Below the pieces are notes generated by a model. That model was not told where the DNA came from and ran no database searches. It worked only from the letters and a program-made list of their open reading frames with translations. The position numbers were made by a program, and so were the translations under genes. 64,000 nucleotides of DNA, taken from the NCBI GenBank assembly GCA_030704615.1, contig CM060732.1, positions 79,794,001-79,858,000 of the forward strand, read 5' to 3'. Below are positions 1-13,200 of the stretch, piece after piece (within the stretch, counting starts at the first letter, position 1; every line of letters begins with the position of its first letter). This stretch comes from Takakia lepidozioides (Eukaryota; Plantae; Bryophyta).

Positions 1-723
1 TGGGTAGAGATTGAGTGGAATGTCCCAGAAAGGGATTGTTGCTACCGACCATGAAACAACGGTGATTTGCTTTCTACTCCTCTGTTAAGGGTTTACCGCA
101 CAATGAGTGGATGACTAACGGTACCGTCATTCACTGTTGTTCAGATCATACAGTCTGTCTGATTGCCTTTCAAGCAGTCCTTCCTCTTCCCTTCTTTAGC
201 AGGAACATGTGATTGAAGTCTACTGAATTGTGAGCGTCGTTAACGCCATTCGATTCTCCTCATGAGATTTATGTACCTATGTGTTTGAAGAGAGAGTGAG
301 GGTCGACATATTCAGTCATATTGTTTTTCAATGCATTTTCTTTTGTTTGAGGTTGAACAGATAGAAAAGTGGAAAGGCGGTACCGCCAATCAAAGATTTG
401 AAGACCATATTGTAGATTCAGGTAGAGTATCGATTGGAAAGTACTCTCAACATAGACAAGAAACAGTGAATGTTTGCGACGTTCATCACAATGGAGTCAA
501 TCTGAATAATTTGCACTTATTGTCCGCCCTAAACTATACTGAATGTCGTTGCCGCCTTTTTACTTACACATATATGTCATTGCACAACACCGATCCGGCA
601 GGTCCCACTCTTTTGTGATTGTCGTTAACGCAGTTCGCTCTTGCTCAAAACCTTTCTGTTCCTGTGTCCCTAGAATCATAGTGTTTTGTTTTGAATTCGG
701 CATGATCAACTTTGCTTGTGTAG

Positions 724-1990
724 ATGGTTCTGAATTTGTTTCACACCATTCATTGTGAGTTGAGACGAGACAGAGTGATGGTCGTTACCACCGTTCACTA
801 TTTGCACATTACTCAGTCAGATTTGAATGGCATCGTGCAGAAAACTGTGAGGTCCAAGCCTACAGGATCAGAGGGGAAAAGATCTGGAGATGGGGACGAG
901 TCTGGAAAATGCTTAGAGAATAACGATGAAGCAGATGAATCTAAAGTGCACTACCTTGACAAGGTGAAAGAACTCATGTCATTCCAGAAGGTAAACTCTC
1001 AGGAGGTTATAAGGGACATGCTCATATCTGGAGGGCGTCTGGACATCCCTCTATGTCAGATGATATCTATGCCTATTGTGCGTCCACCTCTTTCCCATGA
1101 CATAACAAAATTGGAGAGTGATTTCGTGCATGGATACAGACTTGGCGCACAAGTTTTTTATGTGTCACTGACGGATATAAATGGGAAAAACACATTAGTG
1201 TCTCCAGAGATCAGTGATACCTGGGATGAGTGCTGGAAAGATGCTAATGAGGAGTTCGAGCTCGGCCTCATAATGGGAAAGAACACCCAGCAATTCTGCA
1301 ACCACGTGTTCTACGTCTAGGACGGCAACCACCGATTGCTTGCATGGATGGGATACATTCAGAAACATCATGCGAAAGACAAAGACAAGCATGTTGTTGT
1401 GGAGGCAATGGTTTTGGATCCTGGAAATGACATCGCTAGGCTTCTTACAGCTATGCACGACGTGAAGAAGTAAGTCATCCTACAGACTTCATTCCCTCTG
1501 TAGTGTCTTGTTAATCCCAAAAAAACAGTGTTAAGGAATGCAATGTTTCCAATGTTTTTGCAGATCGACAAAGAAATTGCATGTGATAACAAGCTTGGTC
1601 CACACACTATTCCGAATTCAGAGGATTGGTCTGATGAAGCTGGATGATTTTCGGACAGTACTCCCCCCCAATATAATCAAGAAGTGCAAAACAGGAAGAG
1701 CTGCAGACACTTGGTATTCTTTGACTCGAGAGGCGTTTCTGGAGTACATGTATGCGGTAAGCCCGAGTCTGTACTCAGTTTACTTTTCGAATACATGTTT
1801 GTAGTCCTTCGGTGCTAATCACTATTTGAATCAATGCAGCAAGAACTGGCAGAGGCAGTTGAGAAGGGAAAATCTGAATATTACCGCACTACACCAGAGG
1901 AACTAAGGACATCAAAGGGTGTGGAAGCAGCAAGAAAGAAGGAGTTTGAAATGCGAAGAACCAAATTGATGTCTGCCTTCATTGTCGGAT
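724..1990 (+). pseudogene. ParB/Sulfiredoxin-like (DGNHR motif) gene, multi-exon, nonsense codon and 3' truncated; probably transposon-borne
   Basis: Frame reads IPLCQMISMPIVRPP..DITKLESDFVHGY..FYV*DGNHRLLAW, with TAG at 1318-1320 where TGG would fit. GT-AG introns ~1470-1563 and ~1757-1839 join the frame (MHDVKK-STKKLHVITSLVHTLFRIQ). Coding stops near 1990 at a GATCCCC-rich patch. Confidence 0.65.
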
Positions 1991-2170
1991 GTGAGATCTG
2001 CCGCTCCTGATCCCCTGCTACCCTCCCCTGGTCCCCTGATCCCTGATCCCAAAATCGATCCCCTTTCACTGATCCCCCATGCAACCGTACACTCTTGGTC
2101 CCCTCTACACGGATCCCCCAGCAGGAAACATTGTGACTGTTCCCCTCTCAGTGCTCCCCTCATGCAGAAG
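1990..2170. repeat. GATCCCC motif cluster (intron of the MULE-like transposase, left of the CACTA insertion)
   Basis: 4 exact GATCCCC plus GATCCC/GGTCCCC variants in ~170 bp. Confidence 0.8.
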
Positions 2171-2788
2171 CAGCACTAGAAGCATTCGTGTCTTTTCCGA
2201 TTCGACTGCATGTCCGCGACCACTCCGGGAACCACTTGGTAGTAAACGAGACTACTGGAGAGTCGAAATAGACAATGTGGGCCCACGGGGGCATTTCAGA
2301 CGGCGAACAGAAGTGGGGTCAACGACTTCGGAGTCGTAGCAGAATTCCGGGCTATTTTACGAATTGCGTAAATACATAAAATTTGAAAAAGCCAAAATTA
2401 CAAGTGGTTGTAATTACTGCACATGCGACTACAAATTTTCTTTCCTAATTCGATTAATGGAATAAAGATATTTATTCATTAAAGTGAATATGTAGTCGAC
2501 TCAACGACTCCATGAACCACTGCGCATTCATTGCACCCATGACTTGGCACCACATTTGCTGACGTGGCTTTCACAAAAAGAGGTAAACAAAATGTGGCCG
2601 TGGGGGAATAGATATTTTAATACGTGCTGCCTCCACCTGGCAGAGATAAGGATGCAAGTGCTGCGTTGGACATGGCGGGACGTGGGAATGGAAATCCTGA
2701 CACGGCAAGGCCTTCGTATACTATGAGCGCGCGTAGTGGCTTCTCAGAACGGTGTGACATCGGGGTCTTGGTCATTCATCATTTACAG

Positions 2789-3214
2789 AATGTGGTGGAT
2801 GGAGGCACGATGGAGCGCGCATACGGGCATGCCCTTCTGGCATCAATTCCCAAGTATCCACGCAAGGTGAGGCTGCTGAATTGGGTTTTTGCCCGTCTAG
2901 TTTTCTGACAGCATGCTCGAAACGTTCATAGTGCCATTGAGTGGCATCGCAATAATTTGATGTGTAGCTGCTTTTCCATTTCACAAGTTATGCAGAAGGC
3001 GTCACAGAAGAAGATCGCAAAGACGTCAAGGCTGAAGAATATGCCCTTTGGTTGTGAACTACAATCATATCATGCCAAACCCCATTTTGCCCACGCAGAT
3101 GAGGGAGACATTCTGCATTTGCGAGTGGGACTTAATTCCTCTAAACCCAGCTTGAAGGCAGTTGTGACACCAGAGAAACTGGAAACTACCTCCAAGAAAG
3201 TTGAAACTCGCAAG
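2789..3214 (+). pseudogene. RPL27: Captured 60S ribosomal protein eL27 fragment, copy 1, with intron
   Basis: DGGTMERAYGHALLASIPKYPRK | intron from GT 2867 to ~2987 | [46 protein letters not shown] matches the eL27 consensus; frameshifted. Confidence 0.85.
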
Positions 3215-3422
3215 ATAGTCATGTATTCGTCTCATTATCTCCAACTGGGATTCCGAGTCATCATCCGACCCTTTACATGTGCGCTGGAATGGAGTATAAT
3301 TCTGGTTTAGGCAGTTATTGCCACCAGACGTTCGCTTCTCCAATTTTTACATTTAAGGATGTGTCTGTGTTTATGGCACTCTTTCTCCCAAGGAGGCCTG
3401 AGTACCCCCCTGTACTTGCAAG

Positions 3423-3657
3423 AATTTGATGTGTAGCTGCTTTTCCCTTTCATAAATTATGAAGAAGCAGTCACAGAAGAAGATCGCAAAGAGGTCAAGG
3501 CTGAAAGCGTTCATTAAGGTTGTGAACTACAATCATATCATGCCAAACCAGCGGCGGCAGATGGTGTCATGAGACATTCTGCGATTTTGCGCATAGGTGG
3601 ACTTAATTTTGATGTTGACTTGAAGGCAGTTGTGACACCAGTGAAACTGGAAACTAC
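3423..3657 (+). pseudogene. RPL27: Captured eL27 fragment, copy 2 (duplicate of ~2954-3189)
   Basis: [30 protein letters not shown]...DVDLKAVVTPVKLET; shares the upstream intron sequence aatttgatgtgtagctgcttttcc with copy 1. Confidence 0.85.
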
Positions 3658-4487
3658 ATGCTAGATAATGGCGTGCTGCATCGCGACATAAACCTGCATT
3701 TGACATTCAGGCTTAGGATTCATGCAATTTGGTGCTAGTCAGGCCTGCACAGTTCCAGAGCACAAGTGGGAGCCCATCCGAGGGATGGGGACCTCGTAAG
3801 TGCTTCTTCATTTTGTACTCACCTTGTTTTTGCATTGCACTTGTGCTACAAGGGGCAGAGCCATTCATTTGGCTGGAGGTTCAATTCCTCTACAAGTGAG
3901 CTATTCTCGTGTCACTACAATCAGTTAGATGTGTTTGTGGTGGTTGCTGGATTTGCGGCTCTGGGGTGTCTTGCCAAGTGCTTGCAGGGATCAACGTTAA
4001 TGTGGACGTGGCAGTACATGTAGCAAAAAAGCTCATTCGCTGGTGAAGAAGACCATGTTGCAACATATATCATGCTATTGCTTCGAGAGTGTTGCTGTTG
4101 GGCAGGTGGGAGAATGCAACAACGGTGAGAAGGAAAGCAAGGGAAGCACAAAAATGTGTCGTTCGGTCCTGCTCCTTTGGAGACACCCCCCATTCCACTG
4201 GTCTTTGTTCCTGGAAAGCATGCAGCTGGGCCAGAAAATGCATGCACACATTCACGTCTACTTCCCGTACATGAAGACGATCCTCTCTCACATGTCAGAA
4301 ACAATATTGGCAGAACAAAAAAAGTTTGTTCACAAGACAGTACGGACCACATACCGGGACATTATCGATACTATTAACTGTCTCGCCCTTGCGCGCTTGC
4401 AGGACTGTACAAAATGGGTTCTAAGGACAGTAAGAGTCCTTAGCATAGCTCTCGTCTATGAGCTGCTGGCTTAATGGACACTGAGAT

Positions 4488-7400
4488 TCAGCTGGGCTCA
4501 CTATCTATATCCAAATAATCTTCCCCTTCACTACCCACATCTGCAATTTGCCTTGCGGTAATTACCAACCCTGGAATGTCTTCCTCATTAAAGGTAACTG
4601 CTCCTTCCAAAGAGACTGGTTCGGCCGTATCTGGTAGATTTCGTGGTTCCCTCAGACCCTCGTGGTCGGCATTCTCCCCTAGGTCCAGATCATGGACGTC
4701 GGCCACGACTCGTTTGGCCCGGGGGTCCTTGTGAAGAACCACCTTCCATCCCGGCGCATGGGTGTCATCTGAAAAGAAAACTTGCTCAACTTGCGATGGG
4801 AAGATGAATGGCTCTTCATCTTGTGGTAGCATTTTTCTGAAATCAGCAAGGAGGAACCCGTACTCATCCCGTTTCATGGTGGCATTCTCTCCTACCATAT
4901 TGGCTTTTACCCAGAACAACGGAATAGAATTGGCTTCACAAGACCATAGTCTAGTTTAAGGATCTCTTTGATCACTCCTACATATTGCACATGGCATGAA
5001 ATTGGATTCTGATCTCGTGCACAGCTCCTACTCTCTTGTTCAAAAAATGATGCCACTCCGCTGTCATAAGTCACCAGGAGGCTGGTGTTGGCATCGTCCA
5101 CTCTATAGTGATTGCCATATGCTTTCATTGACCGGTACGAAGTGGCAATCAGCCCTGGGGGGAATGACAGACTCACCATGCCCTCATCTGGGTCCTCGTT
5201 CTCTGATGCGTACACTGCAATTGCAGATCTGACCCACACTGTAAAGGGCTGCAGCTCCTCCTGTTGTGGGGTACTCCACCGGGGATCTGCGCCTACGACC
5301 GCCCCTCCGCCATGCTTTTGCAAATGCACTCCGTTCCGTTTTCAGGCGGACCTTCTCCGCTGCGTACTTTCTGGCAGAAACCAAATAGAAGCTGCAACTC
5401 AGTCCCCCTGACCAACACCGTGCTGTACATGCATGCCACATGCAGAGTGTGTGTCCTTTCAAGCACACTGTAGTGATGCAGCCTACTTCATAATCACTTG
5501 CAAGCAACAACCAAGATCTACGAAACACCCTCTGTAGTCGTCTGAAGCACCCTGTTAGTACATGATCCCACTCCCATAGTGGCCGGAATGACTTGTGACA
5601 ATATATATGTAATTCCAGCATACAAAGACCATTAAGAATAGCACAGGAGGGATGTAAGTTGGCACCCACTGTCTCCATGGTGTCATGGTTGTTGTGTTGT
5701 TCAGCACATAATCATGTGCCACATCCCGAAGGCGCGGGCTCATGGCACGCTTTGTTCCACCACCTTCTAGGACCTCGCCTACAACTCCTTCTTCCTCGTT
5801 CTCGTCCCACACCCGTCGTTGTATTGCATCAAATGAAGACATATACTCTGTCATGAAGCCCAGGGCTTCGTCGCGGATGTAGCCCTCCGCCATACTCCCC
5901 TCTGGCCGTGCCATGTTGCGTACATACCCCTTCAGATCCTTCATGTACCTCTCCATGGGGTACATCCACCGGCTGGCTACGGGCCCACACACATGCAACT
6001 CCTCTACAAGATGCACTAGCAAGTGCGTCATGACGTCAAAGAATGATGGAGGGAATTCTTTCTCCAGCAAACATAGGGTCATAGCCACATCCTCATGCAA
6101 CGATGTAATGTCCCTCGGATCCCACACCTTGCACAAATCTTCCTAAACACTCGACTTACACGCATTATGGCTGTTCGAGGACCTGGCGCCATCGTACCCC
6201 GAATGCACACTGGCAAAATCTGTTGCATCATCACGTGTAGATCATGTGACTTCATCCCCGACCATTTCTTGTTTATGGCATGCTTTTGGAAAGCACCCGA
6301 GAATCCGGTTGGCACTTTCATGGCTCCCAATGTCTTCAAAAAATCCTCTTGCTCTGATTTGGTCAGGACGTATGATGCTGCTGGCATGAGCACTTTGCCT
6401 GGTCTATTTGGATCAGGCCTTAGCCACAGATGTGACCGTATCCCTTCAATCTCCATGTCATTTCGTACGTTTATCGTATCCTTCTCCCCAAAGATAGTCT
6501 TCAGAATGTTCTCGCAGAAGTTCTTCTCACAATGCATGGGGTCCAGGAGGTACCGCTGCAAGAGGTTCTGAAATGCCAAATGTCCTCCCATGAGACCAAG
6601 TTCTATGGGCAAAAAAAGTAGAATATGTGGCAGAAGTTGTCCATGTTACTACATTCTGCTTTCAACAACTCCACGATCCTCTCCACAGTGAGGTGTACGA
6701 CTTCAACATCTACTGCATAGTAGTTACACTGACTTAGGAGTTGGTGGAAGGACTCCTGACAGTAAAGGTAATTCCAGGAAGCACAATGTGAAAGAAAGTG
6801 AGTGAATGGGGGGGGGGGGGATTCATGCACCTTCCAGTATGGCAAATCCCAAAGGATTGTCCGGCGCTTCACCCCGTGCTCCATGGCTGGATCCGCACTA
6901 CTTCCGTCTCTCCCTCCAATCTCCATGAACGCCTCTTTCTCCTTTGCAAATTGCAATGTCTCCTCCGGTGTCACAGCATTTGGTGCCATTCTCTTTTCAA
7001 CACATCCATTGAAGTGCCTTCCTGCTCGTCGGTAGGGGTGGTTTCTTGCAAGGTAACGTCGATGCCCCATGTATATTGTCTTCCCTAGTGGCTTTGAGTG
7101 CCGTGAATCCACATAGGGCCCACAAATGGGGCACCCTTTGTAGCCCTTGTCTTGCAACCCGCAACAAGGCCATATGCGGGGAAATCGTGGATTGACCACA
7201 TGAGTATGGCACGGAGGGTGAAACTCCGTTGCCCTACTGGTTTCAAAATGTCGTAAGCTTCAACTCCAATCCATAGTTCCTGTAGCTCTTCAATCAATGG
7301 TTGCAAATACACATCTATGTTTGCATTTGTCACGGACTCCTTGCCTGGAATCAAGAGAGACAACATGACAAAGAATTTCTTTGTTGTCAACCATGGTGGC

Positions 7401-8549
7401 AGGTTGTATGCCACCAACTGCACGGGCCATGTGGACCATGGCAACTCTTTGATCCGTATGGGTTTACTCCATCCGTAGATACAGCCAATCGCACATTGCG
7501 TGGGTCCTCGGCAAAATCGGGCCAAGTTGCATCTATATGCTTCCATGCAAGGGAATCTGGGACATGCCTTACCAAACCATCGTTTGAGGCATTCCTGGAA
7601 TGCCAAGTCATGAGCTCACTAATGGTCTTGCATTTGTACATTCGTAATAGACGGGGGATAAGGGGAAAGTGCCTCAACACCTTGGCTGGCTGTTGTAACC
7701 TGCCCACATCATGGTATCGGGCTGCACCGCATTTGGGGCACTCCATAGCATCCTTGTACTCTCTTCTGAAAAGTACATGTCCTTTTGGACATGCATGTAT
7801 TTTCACGTAGTTGAGGCCGAGCTTCCCAATCATTTGGTTGGCCATGTGACAGCTTTTTGGCATTTCATTTGGTTGTGGAAGCAAGTTCAGCCGAAGCAAA
7901 GAGAACAACTCGTCCACAAAATGGTCTGAGACACCGTGGGTTGTGCACAGGTTCATCAACAGCATGGTGGCAGCAAGCTTTGTGGATTTGCATCCCTCGT
8001 ACAGTGGCACACATGCTTCTTCTAGTGTCATGTGTGCAGAATTCAATTCTCCATCTCCACCTCCTTCCACGCCTTCCCCCACGTGAATGCCTTCATTCCT
8101 GCGTCATCACCATCCCCAGTTGTCGCAGCGCCGTCCCCCTCTTCAGCATCGTCCATGATGTGGAATGCTTCCTGCAACATTCGAGTAATCTCCACCCCTC
8201 CGTCCATGCCTGGTTCATGTCCTGCGCCCATGACATAGTCCTCGTCTGGCCTGTCTGTATGGCTCCCTTGGGTGTCCAATTGTGCCCACTCCTCATCGTC
8301 TTCGTCTGCAGGTCCATCTCCAATCCACACCCGAAATGCTTCATGTCTTTTGTGGTGAAGGAGATGTGTGCGCACACCGTCCTCAGATCTACTTGTAGTG
8401 CCCAAACAACGTTCACATGGGCATGGCATCCTTGAAAGCCCAAGGGCTCGGGCACGTGCCACTTCTCTTTCCCACAACCTGTCATCTCGGGTGTTCTGTC
8501 TACAGGGGTGATTAATTGGAAGTCCTCCGCATGGGCGAGGGGAACTCAT
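4488..8549 (-). pseudogene. CACTA TnpD-type transposase (Transposase_21 + DUF4218 + DUF4216), several frameshifts
   Basis: CPCERC zinc motif; HACPKG..CPKCG; STDGVNPYG; STWPV..YNLPPW; SIHDFPA; YMGHRR; LDPMHCEKN; MKSHD; FPPSFFDVMTHLLVHL..RWMYPMERYM..PEGSMAEGY; EPFIFPSQVEQVFF. Frame switches near 8080, 7440, 7155, 6135 and 4910. Confidence 0.95.
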
Positions 8550-10259
8550 TTTTGTTGGGGAGCCTCTTCAATGCTGTTTGTGCACGCCGTTGCAGGGGGC
8601 CGGATTCTCCTTTGCAGAGATTCCTCAATTTGGCTCTGCCACTCCCATTTCACTACCGTCAATTCCCTCCTCCTGCAATCTCAATTTGAAAGGTTCAGCC
8701 GCACATCCTTTGGCAGAGAAGACAGTTGACATTTTATACCAACCGGTAGATTCCACAACATGATGAAAAGTTACACTCAACAGCAAACCATTTAAAAGCC
8801 ATCACGATGCTTCCCATCATAACTAGAATCTTTTCAACAAGACACTGAGAGAAATGACCAAAATCGACTCAAACAACGACATCCTGGAAAACGACCTGTC
8901 TCTACAGTTCGTGTGTGTGTGAGGAATCGGAGGACGTACGTGGAATTTCAATTTTCACGATTGACGACGTTGTGATCTTGGGCATATGGTTGAATGTGTA
9001 TGAAATGTGTGCATTGAAGTGTGAACAACCTGACTACAAGGCCAGAACCTGCGCCACTTGTCTTAGGCCATCTCCAAATCACGTTTCGGCGGACAATCCC
9101 GTTCCGTTGCCGTGAAATTGCACCGTGGCGGGAAGGGAGTCCATTTGTGTGGCTCTATCACCATGGCGGGAAGGGGAGCATGTTAAAAATGGAGCATCGC
9201 CCTGCCACTTCACTCATTTGCTGTTTGCAGCTTCTTCCACCTTTCTTACTTAATTCTGATTCTTGCAATGCTGCCCTTGAGACGGCAACTGCAAGTGACC
9301 GGATCCTTTGATCGTCGCATTCAAAGACACTTACGTGTAGCAGATCGCAGACCCCCAAATGCCTGGAGAGAAAGCCAGAGGGCAGTCAATGCATGCACGG
9401 TTGTTTTGCACTGGTTGGGACGGAGTGGGGTGCAGAGGAGGCGTGTTGTGCCCGAGTTCGCATGCCTAGCATCCTGCAGCCGGCGGCTTTTGCACGTTGG
9501 GCAGCAGTACCCTCTGCTGTATGATTACCATTTGTGGTACAGACTCACCGGCCTCCCCTGTCCACTTGGGTCTTGGGACAACGACTTATGGAGTATGTAG
9601 ACAGAGTTGCATGTCGCGCAGGTACACCAAAATCTCCCATGTAACATAAACCCATTTCTCATTCATGCTTGCATGTGATCCACGGGGTAATTTCCATGTT
9701 CTCCCAGCTGATGTGGGTTCGCAAATTCTCGGTGTGTAGGTGTGTGTGTGAGGACCTCAACCTGGCATGGTGCGATGGGTGTCGAATGGACCCTTCTCTG
9801 CGATGGGAGAACCACTACAGTTGAGTTTGTTTTTGCTGAATCATTTGGCAGAGCACTGTGTTCACTTCTCACACATCATGCGCATTTTCTCCAAGAATGC
9901 ATGTAAAGCGGAGCCATACACGGCATCATTGCAGTGTGTTTCCTTCGCCTAATTTTGAACGAAAAAAAATTAACGGATCCATGTCAGTTGTGTGAATCAC
10001 TACATCTAGTTGTCTGGAGGATTGTAAGTGGTTTAGGGTTTAACGTCTCAAAGTCGAAAAGGCCATAGTGTCGGATGCACGACACGTGTTCATATTTGAA
10101 ATCAACAACGGCCGGATCTTCACTACAGATCGGGGGGGGTGTGTGATCACACTCCCCTCCTTGTCCTTCTTTCCTCCTTTGCATGTCTTGGTCTTCCTCG
10201 CTCGTCTTTGTCTTGGTCATGGTCTATGTCCTCGCTCGTCTTCATCTTTGTCATGGTCT

Positions 10260-13200
10260 ATGTCCACGCCTAGTAAGAAGCGCTCGACCGCCGAGGCAGC
10301 ATCACCTCCTCCCACTTCTGCACATTCCAGCCCCGCGGTGCGAAGGAGCCCCCGCCTGGCTCGACTGAATCCGGTACAGATGGCGTCGGTGCGAGAGGGA
10401 AGGCAGAGCGGTGGGCGGTCTTCGAGTTCGGATTTTGACACAAGCGAGTATAGCATGGGCGACGACGATGAGGTGGAGGACAGTTCGGAGGAAATTGCAC
10501 CTCCATCTGCAGAGTCTCTCCAAAAGGTGCGCAAACGGCACAAAACCGCTGCGCATGAGGTGAGTTCTACCCCTACTTGTGTTCTTGTTTTCTGGGCGTT
10601 GAGTTCTCCTGAAACTGAAACTGGGATGCACATATCCACAAAGTTGTTCAAACGGATGTCGTAGTATACAGGCAGTAGAAGAAGAAGTGTTCTTCAGTTT
10701 CAATTTCCTTGCTGCGCCCTATGCAAGCTGGACATAGGCGGTCCTCCCGTTGCAGGTTTTCCCATCTGCCAGTCTCTATCCGTAGGTTGTGGGAACCCAC
10801 CCTGAACCGCCCCAATGCCCTCAAGAGGGAAGGAGGTAAGGGTGCTGAAAGGTAATTTGGTCTGAAGATTCTATCATCGCGGAGCACCAAGAATGTCTCT
10901 CGATAGAAGTGGAGCTTTGTTGTGAGATTGGGTAGCATCCAAGTTCTCTTGACATGTAATTCCATAAGCTCTCTCCGAATGAGTCTGTTGCGGTCATGTC
11001 TGGATGTGATGTCCACCTCATGTGGGTTCATTGGTAATAGGAAAGCAGTAGAAAGTCCGTTACGTTTCAATAAACTGTCCACTCGAGCATACCAGGAGTT
11101 CCCGAAACCTGCAGCTTTGAGCCTCATAGATGTTGTGAGGGCCCTTGCCACTAGCCCTTTGGGTGGAAGGGCCTGCAATCTATGGAGAAAGATTGTAAGC
11201 CTGAACTGTGCCTCGGATTGCAATGGTACACATGCGAACTCTGCACCTAGGATCTGAGATGGAGTTGTGCTCCTGGCGCCAAGCATTGCTTGGAGAAAAG
11301 ATGACTGTAATGGTTCCAAATTCTTTTCCCACCAGGAGACAGGGACACCAGGTGCCCAGAACTCACAACCATTGATGGTAGCAGGGCTGACGACGGTGTC
11401 AAACAACCACTTTTTGGTCGGGGGATGCCGCAGATGTATTTGCTTGCATTTGGCGTGAAGGCGGACGGAGGCCGCCTTACCTTTAGTCAATCTGTCCAAG
11501 GCAGTGGCTGCAAAGTGAAACTTGGGGGAGTGGATAACCAGACCTAGGTACCGGTATGATTTGACAATCTCAATTTCCTGCTGGTTGAAGATGAATCTAC
11601 GATCAGCCTGGCCATTGAAGACCATGATCTTGGTCTTGCTAAGATTGACTTGCATCCCATAGTCTTTGCAGAACTGTTCCAAAATTTTGAGATGGCGTTG
11701 CAGAAAGACCGGGGATTGTGCCAAAAGGGCAACATCATCAGCGTAGAGGAGATCTGATTGGGCAGAAAATGAAGTTAGGCAGAAAACATCCCTGAACATG
11801 TTTTCAATTTGTGTCATGGGGGAGGACATCGTGGAAAAACCTTCAGGTCTACCACTGTGTGCAGAGGGACTAGTTTTTAGGTCAAGGAAATGTTGCTTTG
11901 TCACGTCATTGCACCTGCGTTGGAGTACGCATTTGCTATATGCGTTGATAACTCCAACGAGGCTAGGTCTGCAATATCCTTTCAATTGAATTGTGTCTGC
12001 ACCTGTGTTTACCAACATTGAGAGTCTTTAGGCCTTTTGGGGCTCCGTTGCTGGGCTCCGCCATACAGCCATTTGCTGATTGTGTGAATAGATGTCCACT
12101 GGATATGTGCAAAACCCGGATGGATGTTCTGTTTCCTGGTAAGTTTCATGTGGTACTGATGTGAACCCGCCCACATTCTGTTTCTTCACCAATGAATGGG
12201 CTTACATGTTATGAGGACATTCTGTCCCTCTCCTTTTCAGTTTTTGGCACTTGCGCTGCAGGGGAGTGGGTTTGAGGTCAGCCAATCCATAGTTGTGGTT
12301 GTGGGATGGTTTGTGCTCTGGTGACGTTGTGTTCAGTAGGACTACAGCTGATGCACCTTGTGTGTGGGATGTTTTTGGCAGCGGAAGGGGAGTGAAGCTG
12401 CAGCAAAGCACTCACAGCCACCACACAATGCCAACCAACACCAACCTTGGCACCCACCCCCTGCCGGATGGTCTCCACAACAGAGTGCACCATGGGGAGC
12501 CCCCCCTGCTTCGGGGTCGTGGCGCTGGCTTCCTGATGTTGCCACGTCACAATGGGGGCCTCCCACATCTCCATACGGCCCTCCCCCCTCCGGCACACAT
12601 CAGTCACCCCCCACAACGTATGACGGCGCTGCTCCAGAGCATGGGGGCAGGAAACGGACATCAGAGCTGAGGAAGGAACGACGTCATGCCATGAAACAAT
12701 GGGAAGGAGATGGAGAGGGAAGGGTGGCTGCAGGGCTAAAGCGCCACAAGGTGGAGGAAATGGAGTCATCAATGCTGGCTGCGAAGGTAAGGAACACTGG
12801 CAGCGTGATTTGCGTGGCCTGGCATTGCGTTACCTTGACTCAAGCGTACAAGACATTGACCAGCAGTCCCAGAGTGCCATGTCAACAGTAATAGAGGGCA
12901 TAAATGGAATGTACGAGTACACACCTATCCCTGCCAATCGTGATTTTATAGTGAAGCAATGTGGGAAGATAATGAAAGGAGAAAGAGCAAAACTGAAAGA
13001 TAAATGGGCGAAGACTGGTGTGAGGCCAATGAACACTGAACCCGCCTATTGGGATAAGCTTGTTGCCTACTGGGAGTCCCCTCGTGGACTTGCAAAGGCT
13101 GAAGGGATGAAGCAAGCGCGTGCTTGTGTCACGAACCCCTCGCGTTGGGGCCGGGCAGGAGTTGCAGGCCAAGCAGCCCGTTTGGTAATCTCCCTCACCC

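Noticed and set aside
3667-3700. GVLHRDI kinase-like peptide next to the eL27 fragments
   Set aside because: Could be another captured fragment, but it is too short to support
11756-12018. N-terminal ~88 aa of the 456-aa LINE ORF
   Set aside because: No RT motifs before YADD; likely chance read-through into CACTA intron sequence
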